Source: Felis catus (taxonomy: Eukaryota). From it: a stretch of 64,000 nt of DNA. Where the stretch lies: assembly GCF_018350175.1 (NCBI RefSeq), contig NC_058368.1, positions 216,072,001 to 216,136,000 of the forward strand, read 5' to 3'. A model generated the notes under the pieces. That model had not been told where the DNA came from. It searched no databases and saw nothing but the letters and a program-made list of their open reading frames with translations. This document shows, in pieces, positions 52,553 through 64,000 of the stretch (positions are counted from its first letter, which is position 1; every line of letters begins with the position of its first letter). The translations under genes were made by a program, and so were the position numbers.

Positions 52553-52699
52553 AGGACAGGTACAACTTTAGAAATGAGTTACAGAGGTGGTAGAGATTAA
52601 TCCAAGTATATGAATAACCACTTTAAAAATAAACATTGTTGAGAGCTTCCTAAATTACTCCTTGGTATTGCTTTCTTGGCATCCATTTTGTTTGGCTAA

Positions 52700-53045
52700 G
52701 AAGCCTGGATAAATCCTTTAACTTATACTAGCCTCCCCATATACGCACATGCCCTTAGATAAGAGCCCAGAGAATCACAAGCAAATGTAACTTCCTGATA
52801 TGGTTTCCCCAACCACCCTTGTGATATGCATCTTCCCCTGTCTCCCAGGGACTCCCATTTGTAACCCATTAGATTCAACCCCATGTAATTTTCCAAAACC
52901 ACGCTGTTTGGGATTGAATTGACTGATCTGGCCTTAGCCCAAGAATCCCAAAGCACTTCACCCACAAAAGCCAATAAAACATGTGCCCAGTTCCTATAGC
53001 TTTCTGTCTCTACTCTGCCTTGACCTATAGAGACAGTAAAAACAA
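52700..53045 (+). mobile_element. Possible old solo LTR
   Basis: GC-elevated segment with gataag motif and ccaataaaa followed by a CT-rich U5-like end; family not identified. Confidence 0.35.
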
Positions 53046-54083
53046 CTATCTATATTGTATTTTTGTTTATCCGGGCAACACTGGTTAACACATAGTTGTA
53101 TACATGGGTTAGTAACCACGCACATATTTCTTTGCTCTTTTAGCTGAGAATATTTAAAACAGACACTGTTCCAATAGAAATAAACACATCTAGCATTCTG
53201 ATATTGATATCAGATATAATTCAAGTCTGAAAATAACACTTATTGGGCTTCCAAGTCCATTATCTGTTTTGCTTTCCTTCGTTATTATATGCTTCAGTGT
53301 TTAGAATCATTCATAGATATATTGTTACCTTATGCCTTAATGTATAACTTGAAAGATAGTAACAGGTAGAGGTACATTTTACTGAGAATGAGAAGAAAGG
53401 GCTTATCTCTGGAATATGGCAACATGGATCCTTCTCTACAGAAGAAGGATTTACAGAGCGCGAATAATAGGCTTTTAAGAGGCTCTACATGTGGGAGTCA
53501 AATTAAAAGTAAAGCCATGCTCGATACAAAGTCTGCACTAATTTCGTTTGGAGTGTCCCAGAAAAATCATCTCCTCTTAGCACACTATAAAAAAGAATAC
53601 AGTTCCTGTGAACAGGAAATTCATGTAGTTCACTTAACATATTCCTCATCCTAGTCCCATGAAATACCACTTACAGGAAATATCTTATAAATATACATTA
53701 TATTCTGCTTTATAACTTTTTTTTTGTCCTTTAGAAAAAAAATGTATGTGATTATTTTTCACTCTGGGTTTGGATATCATATTTGGCAATAAGTACTTCT
53801 GAATCTGATTCGTAAGTTTTATAAGGAATTTATAGTAAAGTTCAGATCTAAAGTATAGACCTAGACTATATTTAGGTCTTTTAATCATATGTATTTATTA
53901 AACAAAAAGATGATAGCAATTTATATGGGGTTGTAAAAGTCATGGAAAATACACACATCAAATGACATTCAGTGATATTATTATAACTTTCTAATAATTT
54001 GAAAAAAGGAATTTTCATTATTTTTAATGAACAAGCTGTATAGTGAAAATATGAAATTTGTATTGTAGTAATAACACAAAACA

Positions 54084-54318
54084 TTTTTATTTTTATTTAT
54101 TTTAATTTTTAAATGTTTTTATTTATTTTTGAGACAGAGAGAGACAGATCATGAGCAGGGGAGGGGCAGAGAGAGAGGGAGACACAGAATCCGAAGCAGG
54201 ATCCAGGTTCTAAGCTGTAAGCACAGAGCCTGACGCGGGGCTCAAACTCACAAACTTGAGATCATGACCTGAGCTGAAGTTGGATGCTTAACCGACTGAG
54301 CCACTCAGGGCCCCCCCC
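54084..54318 (-). mobile_element. Can-SINE
   Basis: SINE body. Confidence 0.9.
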
Positions 54319-54384
54319 CCCAAAATTTGATTTTTTTTAAATTATGACAAAACAGAGTGAATTTGAACTGTTTTTATGGGGTTT

Positions 54385-54522
54385 GTTTGTTTTTTTGAGA
54401 GAGAGAATCTTAAGGAGGCTTTTGCCCGGCATGTAGCCCAGCACAGGGCTCCATCTCATGACCCTGAGATCATGACCTGAGCTGAAATCAAGAGGGGGGC
54501 ACTCTGAGCCACATAGGCACTC
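54385..54522 (-). mobile_element. Older short Can-SINE
   Basis: Diverged SINE body. Confidence 0.8.
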
Positions 54523-55949
54523 CAGATTTGTACTATTCTTAATTCCTGATTGTTAGTTTTTTAATAAGAACCTTATTTCTTAAAATTGTGCGTAAACCAT
54601 AAAGTGGAATCAACTTAAGAAATCCTGTAGCCTTGATTGTCCAAAAGCTACGATAATTTTTTTTTCACAGTTAATATTGAGAAACATCAATGAATAAGAG
54701 CCCCTCTTGTCTTGTCGCAAACCCATCTGAATTCTTCGTGGGTATAGATTTTCAATGCTACAACTGGATACAAAGGGAAAAATAATGAATCCTACATATG
54801 TGCATTTCGATGTTCCCTAAGAGATGGAGAATTTAATTATCCTCATCTAATTATGCCCAAATCTAGTTTGTCTGATGTGATTACAACGGAATCAAAGTTT
54901 TGTGTAAGGTTACTGCTGAATCGGGACTGCTCTAATTTCTGCCAAATCTAGTTTAACTTGCTCTTTTCATGACCGAAATTATCCAGCTTATAGCTACAAC
55001 AAAATTAACATTTTGTTACACAAGGTGTTCATCTGCATAATTCTTCTACCCCAAAAGCAAGAAATGTAATTTAAAAACTTCAAGGGGTAACTGGAATAAG
55101 CAGGAATTGTACTGGATTTTTGGGCGGCAAAATGGGAACTCGCCTGTTTTACAGACATGGAAAAAAGTGTTCGCTATTTCAAATGTAACTAACTTCCTAA
55201 TAACACTATGTACATTTACATCATTCATAGACCCAGAGAGCCTCCCCATTTGGAGAAAAGTTTATTGTTATTAGAAGCAAGTGATGGTATATTGGGAAAG
55301 ATAAACACAATGATTTGCAAAGCAGGCTTAATTTCTCCAGATCCTTAGAATTTATTATTAGCCTGGGGACATAAAAGCACATTTAGTAGTCTCATAGCTT
55401 CTTGAGTTGCTGTCTCCTTTCTCTTGGGAGAAAGTAAATGCAGGGCAAAGCATCTCCAGATTGTAAATTTTCTCAGGGAAACAATTGCTGCAGTTGATTT
55501 AAGAAGGATCTGGAAAATCCCTAACATCTGTGTCACTTCAGCTTTCAGGAAAGGGCAAGAAGGATGTGCTGTGCACGTTCAGTTTATGGCACCAGGTGAG
55601 GATTAATTATGCCTCAAATCGGAGTAAGTCTTTTGGGCAAAGCTAAGTAGCACTGCAGGGCGAGTGATTTATCAATGGTACAGAAGAGGGGCTTAGAAAA
55701 TAGTTTTCTACTAAATGGACAATTTTTTCCCTCCTTTGACTTAGAAGCTGCTATTTTATATTCACTTCTGTAATATTTTAGTAAACGATTAAGAAAACAA
55801 AGAAACAAACAAATAGTGATATAAAATGAGGTATTGTGTCCTCCTACTATTATAGGGAAAAAAATAATGGTTCCATTACCTTTATTGGTATTATTATTAG
55901 TTTTAAAAGAAACAATACCACTAAGGCAAAAATAAATAAAAGCAAAAGG

Positions 55950-55980
55950 CAAGGAAAGAAAGACAGAAAGACAGAAAGAC

Positions 55981-56023
<43 letters not shown>

Positions 56024-56102
56024 AAAAATAAAGAAAGGAAGAGAGAAAGAAAAAGGAAGGAAGGAAGGAAGGAAGGAAGGAAGGAAGGAAGGAAGGGGAA
56101 AA
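55950..56102. repeat. (GACA/GAAA)n and (GGAA)n compound microsatellite
   Basis: Directly visible. Confidence 0.93.
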
Positions 56103-58000
56103 GTGAGTCTCTTTAATACAGAATAAAAGTCATATAGTGTTCACCTTGTCATAAATATAAATTGACAATATTAAAGAAAATCTCCAAACTTCACAGTGAA
56201 ATCTCCACAGAACAGCTTAACAGTACTCAAGAATAGCAATACATTTATGTGTGTAATTGGTCAGTTTATTTGACAAAAAGTGCACACATCATGCTAGGGA
56301 AGCAGATTGGAATACAAAAGAAACAGTGTAAGGAATTTCTTCTCAACTAGGTAACGACTTACCTGTCATCCTCAGGAAAGCATGGCCAGAGTGACAGGGA
56401 ATAACTCTGAACAAATAATTCCGTCTTCCCTAGAGCCCATCTTGTGGTGATATAACTCGAAAAAGCACTCAACATCTCTCTGAAATTTCAATATAGACCT
56501 CTGACCTTAAGACATTGGATTAGTTTAGATTTTTTTTTAAAGAAGGCATTAACCTCCTGACCTCAAGAAAGAATCACATTCACACATTCATATCAAGTTT
56601 AGAGCAAGACAAACCGAAGTTTTGTACAGATATTCTTTTTAAAGTCATCCAGAATAAAAACTCATTAAGAAACATTCAAGATAAATATAGTATGTTGCAA
56701 TCTGTTAGCCAAAAAAAAAAAAAAAGTTATTTTTGTGCTAAAAGTTTAAATGTGTATACAATTGAGACTCATTGTTCAGGTGATATTTTTAGAGCTGAAT
56801 TAAGTAGCAAGCCAAAGGTGGTTTTGAAGCCATTTCTTACATAAAATTTATGAGCTAGTGCTATTTATAGCAAATGACAAAAATAGTTTATTTTACATTT
56901 TTATATTAAAGCATTCTGCTTAGCACTTGGCCTTTACCATGTAATTTAACACTTACAGTCATTCTATGGAGCAGAGCTATCTCCCATACAGGTGTGTAAA
57001 CCAGGAAACTGTGTGGGAGAGGCTATATAACTGGACCAAAATTAATTTGTTTGATTCCAAATTCTCCTCTTAAATATTACATTATTTTATAATGTTATTA
57101 TAGGTCAAGTTGTTTGGAAATGTCAAGTACATTGCTTAAAATGGTGAAGTCGGTCTTTCAGTAAAAAGCTAACAGATGAAATAAAATGTATAAAAACATG
57201 TCAGAACCAAAAAAAACATTTAGAAGTTCCCAGATGGAGGTGACTTTTTTTGTTTATTGTGTTGTTTACTGTTTGAAATGGTAATAACGAAACCCCAAAA
57301 GCAAAGACGTCCAATGCAAATACAGACAAAACCCGTATTAAAATAAGATGTGCTGAAACAAAGTGTGTCCCCATGAAATAGCATGAGATAATATAATTTT
57401 GAGGCTGTTTCACTGTTTGTGGTGCTTCTAGAAGTATGAGGATAATAGTCAACAGACATACTTTTAGTGTCTGAGGATTAGAAAAGACAAGTAAGTCTGA
57501 CTTTGGTTACACTCTTCTCCCTAGGGCAATAAAACCTTGCTTTGGAAGAATATGGATGAAGTTGGAATGCACAAAAAAACTGTTTGGCTCATCCTCTAAG
57601 AAACATTTTTATGAAACTTTTCAACTAAATTGTATGCCAATTTTTCAACTTCTTCAACCATAAATTTTTGTGGAAAAATTTGTGGAGCAGACTTCCCGGT
57701 GTAAATATTGGTTCTCATGCTTTGTCATTACAGATTTTCAAGGACATATATGTAAATGTGATATTCAAAGCTTTCTTTTTTTTTCTTTTTGCAAGACTGA
57801 GAATAACATTCCTCTATAAACTGCATTATATACTATTCAACAATTATACAAGGTGTCTTGCATTTTGTGAAATTTTATTTTTTGCAAAACGTTTTAAATA
57901 CTCAAGGCAATGTCAGCTGCAATAATAAATGGGATAAAATGCTAATTTTTCAATGATGAAACTTCTAATTATAATTAATGATAATTATATATACGTATAC

Positions 58001-58171
58001 ATAGCTTTATGTATAGTTATAGTTATATTTAGTTAATAATGTTTTATATATGTAATATATGTAATATGTACATATTAATATATAATATATTATATATGTA
58101 ATAATGTAACATATATATGTGTATATATAGCTTTATATATAGTTATAGTTATATATAGTTAATAATGTTTT
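58001..58171. repeat. 45-bp direct repeat flanking AT low-complexity spacer
   Basis: atagctttat.tatagttatagttatat.tagttaataatgtttt at 58001 and 58127. Confidence 0.88.
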
Positions 58172-58676
58172 CTGATCAAGGACTTATAAAAATAGGAAAT
58201 ATAGAGAAGCCACGGGAGAATTCTCATATTGAGAGTACTTGTGGGAATATGTCCGTTTTATTTTCATCTGCAGAACCTTTACATAAAAAGCAATTTTCTT
58301 GAGAACACTTATTGAACAAAAGAAAAGTGATGTTTTTGAAATTCGTTCACCAGGTGACCATGAGTCCTCTCTCAGGTAGTACTTTCTTTTGCTACTTCTA
58401 TTGTTTGGATATATTCTGATAGCAAGGATTCAAGTTATGTTTATTTGATAAATCCTCAAGGTGAGAAGATCTACACTACTACTCGCAGAAAAAGATCTGT
58501 TAACATAATAGCTATCTGGAACACTCTCATTGAAGCAACTCTTTCCGTTACATGTTTTTAGTTTACTTTCATAAGCAACGTCAGATTATATTTGACATAC
58601 AACATTTGATAACTTTTAGTGACAGGAATTTTTATTTTTATAATTTTTAGATAAACATTTAAAATACGTTCTTCTT

Positions 58677-58906
58677 GGGGTGCCTGGGTGGCGCAGTCGG
58701 TTAAGCGTCCGACTTCAGCCAGCTCACGATCTCGCCGTCGGTGAGTTCGAGCCCCGCGTCAGGCTCTGGGCTGATGGCTCAGAGCCTGGAGCCTGTTTCC
58801 GATTCTGTGTCTCCCTCTCTGTCTGCCCCTCCCCCGTTCATGCTCTGTCTCTCTCTGTCCCCCCCCAAAAAAAATAAATAAACGTTGAAAAAAAAATTTT
58901 TTAAAT
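58677..58906 (+). mobile_element. Young felid SINE (SINEC_Fc)
   Basis: Near-consensus; perfect TSD aaaatacgttcttctt. Confidence 0.95.
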
Positions 58907-59181
58907 AAAATACGTTCTTCTTCAGAAATCCCAGGAATTAAAGAACATGTTTGGTATAAAAATTAAGAAGTCATTCATGATCAATTCTATTACAATTTGC
59001 ACCATTATTATATTTCTATTTTGATTATTTCGTCCATAAAGGACCAATTCTTTAAATAATTGAGTGTGCCATAAAATTATAAACAGGATGATGTAATTAT
59101 GTATATAAGCCTCACTGCTCTCTAATACTCCTTTAATCACTTTTTGAGAAACCAGTTTCCAAAAACCAAACAACTAAAAGT

Positions 59182-59195
59182 AAAAGAAGAAGAAA

Positions 59196-59226
<31 letters not shown>

Positions 59227-59318
59227 GGAAGAAGAGGAAGGGGAAGGAGGAGGAGGAGGAGGAGGAGGAGGAGGAGGAGGGGAAAGAGAGGAGGAGGAAA
59301 GAAGGAAAGAAGGAAGAA
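59182..59318. repeat. (GAA)n/(GGA)n trinucleotide polypurine tract
   Basis: Directly visible. Confidence 0.93.
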
Positions 59319-59650
59319 CCTAACCGTCTAGATTGTTGAGAATATCAATCAGTTTTCTAAAACCGAAAAATCCCAGTCACTGTAGGTTCAGCCTATTCCA
59401 GACTGACGAATTCCTAAATTAGCATTTTCACTGTGAGTCTCAGAATGCATCTTGTCATTTAGTTATACATAACAGCATAGATAGGTTATTGGGATTGTAG
59501 CTAAAACACTTAAACCTGAATCATCATTCAACGAATAACGAGAATTTCTATATAACTGGAAAAGTAATAATAAATGGCTTAACAGTGTCATAGAAATTTC
59601 CTCAATACGAAAATCACACATTAAAAAAAAAATCTGAGACTATACATATG

Positions 59651-59849
59651 TTTTAATTTTATTGCATTTGAGAGAGACAGTGTTTGTGCAAACAGCGAGG
59701 GCCAGAAAGGGAGAGAGAATCCCAAACAGGCTCTGTGCCACCAGCACAGAGCCTGATGATAAGGGGATTGAACTCATGAACTGTGAGATTATGACCTAAG
59801 CCAAAACCAGGAGTCGGAGGCTCAACTGATTGAGCCACCCAGGCGCCCC
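59651..59849 (-). mobile_element. Can-SINE
   Basis: SINE body. Confidence 0.88.
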
Positions 59850-59886
59850 ATCTGATAATATTTTTAAGACTCAAAAGTAGTGATTT

Positions 59887-60093
59887 GGGGCACCTGGGTG
59901 GCTCAGTTGGTTAAGCCTCTGACTCTTGGTTTCAGCTCAGGTCATGATGTGGTGGTTCATGAGATTGAACCCTGCATTGGGCTCTATGCTGACAACATGG
60001 AGCCTGCTCTGAATTCTCTCTCTCTCACTCTGCCTCTTCCCACTGCTCATGCTCTTTCTCTCTCTCTCAAAATAAATTAAAAATACTTTAAAA
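59887..60093 (+). mobile_element. Can-SINE
   Basis: SINE body; head-to-head with the previous copy. Confidence 0.88.
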
Positions 60094-60614
60094 AAGTAAT
60101 GAGTTTAGACCTAAACATTAACATTAAATTTACAATCTACTTGTAGGAATTTTCCCCTTCCATTGTGATTCTGATGGTTTATCAAATGAAACTTGGTAAT
60201 GTTGGGTGGAACAATAGGAATATAATTTATGTGACAGTGAGATTCTATTTTTAAAATATTGATCAATTCTACCTCACACCCGATTTCTTATTACTCCTGA
60301 GATTTTTTCCCTCTTTCTATTTGATAGCAAGAACTTCCTTCATTTATTCCTTAGGAACGACAAATCATCATATAGAAAAGATCACTTTTATGCTTTTGAG
60401 TTGGAAAGTTTAATCTCTGAAGGAATAGGAGAAATCATGATGAAACTTTTAGAGTGAGGAGAAGATATGATGCTAGTTTAAACTATAAAATTCCCGGATG
60501 ACATGATAGGTCTTTTGTGTGGCAAATTAGGAGACAGGAGGCGATGGAGGGGGGAGAACAGGTGAGTCCTTGAGAGGAAACTCTAGGGGATAGAGATGAT
60601 AGAAATGTATACAA

Positions 60615-60686
60615 TAGATTATATATAGATAGATAGATAGATAGATACAGATATAGGGGGAGAGAGAGAGTTATGTATATATATAT

Positions 60687-60719
<33 letters not shown>

Positions 60720-60752
60720 TGATAGATAATAGATAGATAGATATATGATAGA
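60615..60752. repeat. (GATA)n/(TA)n/(GA)n compound microsatellite
   Basis: Directly visible. Confidence 0.9.
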
Positions 60753-62404
60753 CAAATAAGTATAAGGGTTTGAGAGTACAAGGGAACCCTTAAGAAGAGT
60801 GTAAAGTGGCTTAAGATCCCAGATTAGACAGGTATCTATGAAAGAAGTACCTGAACATGGCGCTGAAGAGTTGGTATATTTGCCTAATGTACCTTAAATA
60901 GTGGGATACAAATGTTAAAGGCAATTTATGCCTTTATGCCACAGGATATATGTGCCTCAGCAAACATAGCAAGTTGAAACGTAGGAACCTCAGAGAGGTC
61001 TGCTAATAGATGATTTTGAGCAGACCAGAAAGAGACCAACAATTTGAGGAAGCACAACTTATTTGTATACATCTGGGATCAAATATAAAAATAAACAAAA
61101 GGCTTCAGCAGATGCCATCATGGGTAGGTAGAGACATCAAGGATCATATAACCATACCATGAGCTCCTGGCATTGAGTCTTCCAAGAAGTTAGACTCAAC
61201 CCCAGGAGAAGGATAGTGGAGACACAGATTTACTAATGTTAATTTTCCACCTGTGGAAGAAAGGGAGTTTGAAGCAGATACTGTCTCACATAAGATTTTA
61301 TGAACTTGGATTTTTTTTTCATGCTGCACATATTTTCTGAGTGAAGTTGAGTAAATATAAACAAATAAGAACTCTTTCTCTCCATGTTAGGTGAAGGAAA
61401 CAGGAAGCAAGACTTGGATGAATGCGATGTACTTAATATCAAATGTGATAATCCTAGTACTAAAGAAATTACTTTTCTGGGTGCACCGCTGGTAAGAATT
61501 AGTTTATAATTAATTTAATTGGAAAGGGAATTTGAAACTGTTGGAAAGAACAAGTTAAATTTGCTGTAGTTATCTTTGGGTGCATGGTGAAGCATTCCAG
61601 GTGGAGCTAACTGCCAGGAGCAGGTGTCAGGAACCTGAAGAATCTTGGGACGCTCCACAGAATATATTTAGTAAAAAGTCAGATATAGAGGTAATATACA
61701 CTCACACAGCTGAAAGAATGTGACACCTGTAGATAGTCACTAAATATTTCTTGAATAAATGCATTACCCCGCAAAAAAATTACGTACTAAGAGTAATCAG
61801 ATCAGTTTAGAGATTTGTTCCTATACAATCATCATACTTACTCACAGGTGGTATTTTCGTTTTGTGTGTTGAATGCATGATTCACCTAACATGGTAAAAA
61901 TGATGACTCTCATAAGCTTACTGCTTTTTATTTAGTTTGATTATGATGTGTCAGTGATACAGGGCTGGACTTTGTTTGGATGAGTAATTTATCTTAGGTA
62001 GCCAGATGCAAAATGATTCATTTATGAGCAAAGCGGAGGGAGCCATATCATATTCAGTTAACAAGTCCAAGGTAGTGGCTTCTTTGACGTTTCTTTGACT
62101 CCTCTGACTTTTGACAAAACCTGTGACAAGTCAACAGCATCGAAATTTTAGGTGTCTGAATTGCACGTGAGAGTGGGAAAAAGGCACAGTGGAGGTGGAA
62201 ATAAAGTGGAAATGTCCAAAAGAATTGGCACAATTGGAACTGGGATGCAAAATATGTTTTAAATATTCACGGGCCTGAAATTATAAGCCTATCACATACA
62301 GCAGGTGAAATGGGGCTACTGTGAAGGCAGAGGCTGTGAAGCAAAAATATGTGTCCTGGGAAATTTAGTAATAAATAGCCTCTTTAGCTAGAAAGTAGCT
62401 TTAA

Positions 62405-63118
62405 TGCACACACACACACACACACACACAGTGGAAGGAGGGGAGAGGGAGAAAGAGATTTTTTCAAGGTATTGATGATTGTTGGTAATTGGCAAGTCCA
62501 AATTCCATAGGATAAACCACTAGGTTGGAAATTCAGGGAAGACTAGATGTTTGTCATCTTGTCTCAGAAATCCACAGGGCAGGACAGACTGACTGCAAAC
62601 TCTCAAACTCAGGCAGGATTTTTATGCTGCAATCTTGAGGAGAATTCTATCCTGTTTGGGAAACCAGTCTTTGCTCTTAAGGCTTGCAACATACTGTACA
62701 AGGCCCATCCCCATTAGGGAGGATAATGTGCTTTAGTCAATGTCTAAAGATTTGAATGTTAATCACATTAAAAAAAATATCTTAGGGCAACTGGGTGGCT
62801 TAGCCTGTTAAGTATCAGACTCTTAATTTTGGCTCAGGTCATTATCTCATGGTTTGTGAGTTCAAGACCCGCATTGAGCTGTGTGCTGGCAGAGAGGAGC
62901 CTGCTTGGGATTCTTTGTCTGCCTCTGTCTCTGCCCTTCCCCTGCTTGCACTCTTTCTCTCTCTCTCTCTTTTTCAAAATAAATAAATAAACTTAAAAAA
63001 ATAAAATAAAAATAAAAAATTAAAAAAAAAATCTTTACAGTAACATATACAATGGTATTTACCAAACAACTGGACATCATAGCTTAGCCAAGTTGACACA
63101 TAAAATCAACCATTACAG
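62405..63118 (-). mobile_element. ERV-L LTR (MLT2-like) with internal (CA)n, split by a SINE
   Basis: tggcaagtccaaattccatagg...gcaggatttttatgctgcaatcttgagg...tagccaagttgacacataaaatcaaccattaca. Confidence 0.8.
62785..63030 (+). mobile_element. Can-SINE
   Basis: SINE body; flanking repeat aaaaaaa(t)atctt. Confidence 0.88.
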
Positions 63119-63344
63119 AAACAAATAGGTTAGGAGAAGATGAGAACAGCTATACTTAGCAAGACACAATTACTCACTGAAAAGTGGAGTTTCAACTAGG
63201 GAATCAGTTGGCATGAACTAATGGAAATATTGCTCATTAATTGAGATTCTAGTATAGATGAAGCGTATAGTGTTTTATTCCCGATATTATAATACTATGT
63301 TGTGTTACTTACACAGTATTTGCACACCTTTTTATGTGGCGTTC

Positions 63345-63554
63345 TTCTTTCTTTCTTGCTTTCTTGCTTTCCCTTTGAAAAAGGCAGAGAGTGCGAACAG
63401 GGGAGGGACACAGACAGAGGGAGACTCTCAAGCAGGTTCCACACTGTCAGTCCAGAGCCCGATGCAGGGTTTGAACTCAGGAAACCTTGAGATCATGACC
63501 TGAGCCAAAATCAAGAGTCAGACGCTCAACCCACTGAGCCACCCAGGTGCCCCT
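63345..63554 (-). mobile_element. Can-SINE
   Basis: SINE body; degenerate TSD tatgtg(gcg/ata)ttc. Confidence 0.87.
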
Positions 63555-64000
63555 ATGTGATATTCCTTAAATCAATTTTGTTGTTCACTTATGACAACTT
63601 GTTTAATCTTTCTAACTTCCTAAGATGTGGCATATTGCTCTAAAGTGCCAAGACTTTAATTCATTGAGAATAGGGATTCAGTTGTTTAACAAATATAAAT
63701 AAATTATTTCCATTATTTATTCATTCAGTGATACAGATGTATCTGGAATATGTCAAGTGCCAGGTTTTATGCTTAAAGCTAATATGCAAATGGGATGATA
63801 CAGAATTGATAGATGAACTACAATGTCAAAGAACTATATTTTAAGACCCTGGGATGGAGAGAGACAATGTTGAAAGCAATTATGTAATACAATTCCAAAA
63901 TTTTAAAAATACCCAAATAATAATTATCGTGCTTCCATCTCTAACCTTAGAAAAGATGAATTAAGTAAACTGACAGAAAATTCATAGAATGAGATATAAA

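Noticed and set aside
1..64000. CRISPR arrays, tRNA/rRNA genes, prokaryotic systems, CpG-island promoter
   Set aside because: None seen. The tRNA-like A/B boxes belong to SINE heads, the dispersed repeats are SINEs rather than regularly spaced arrays, and the main CpG-rich patches are young SINEs and the retrocopy.

Overview
AT-rich mammalian non-coding DNA, almost certainly from a felid (cat family): it carries about 43 tRNA-derived Can-SINEs, several of the young felid SINEC_Fc type. I found no intact protein-coding gene or convincing multi-exon structure, so this looks like a gene desert or a large intron. The only gene-derived sequence is a full-length, intronless, disabled PEBP1 (RKIP) retrocopy on the minus strand (about 34394-35800), inserted into an old LINE-1. 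Other content: a young 5'-truncated L1 with an open ORF2 fragment and perfect TSD (48086-49469), a decayed ERV-L provirus with nested MER58 and L1 insertions (about 22050-25740), a split and inverted L1 at the window start, MaLR/MLT LTRs, MER20, L2 remnants, microsatellites and several small local duplications. Almost all ORFs in the track are repeat-derived or spurious. I found no evidence of a novel biological system. The findings concern retrotransposition and mutational mechanisms plus weak enhancer candidates. Family assignments come from recalled consensus sequences, not database searches, and repeat boundaries are approximate unless a TSD is given.
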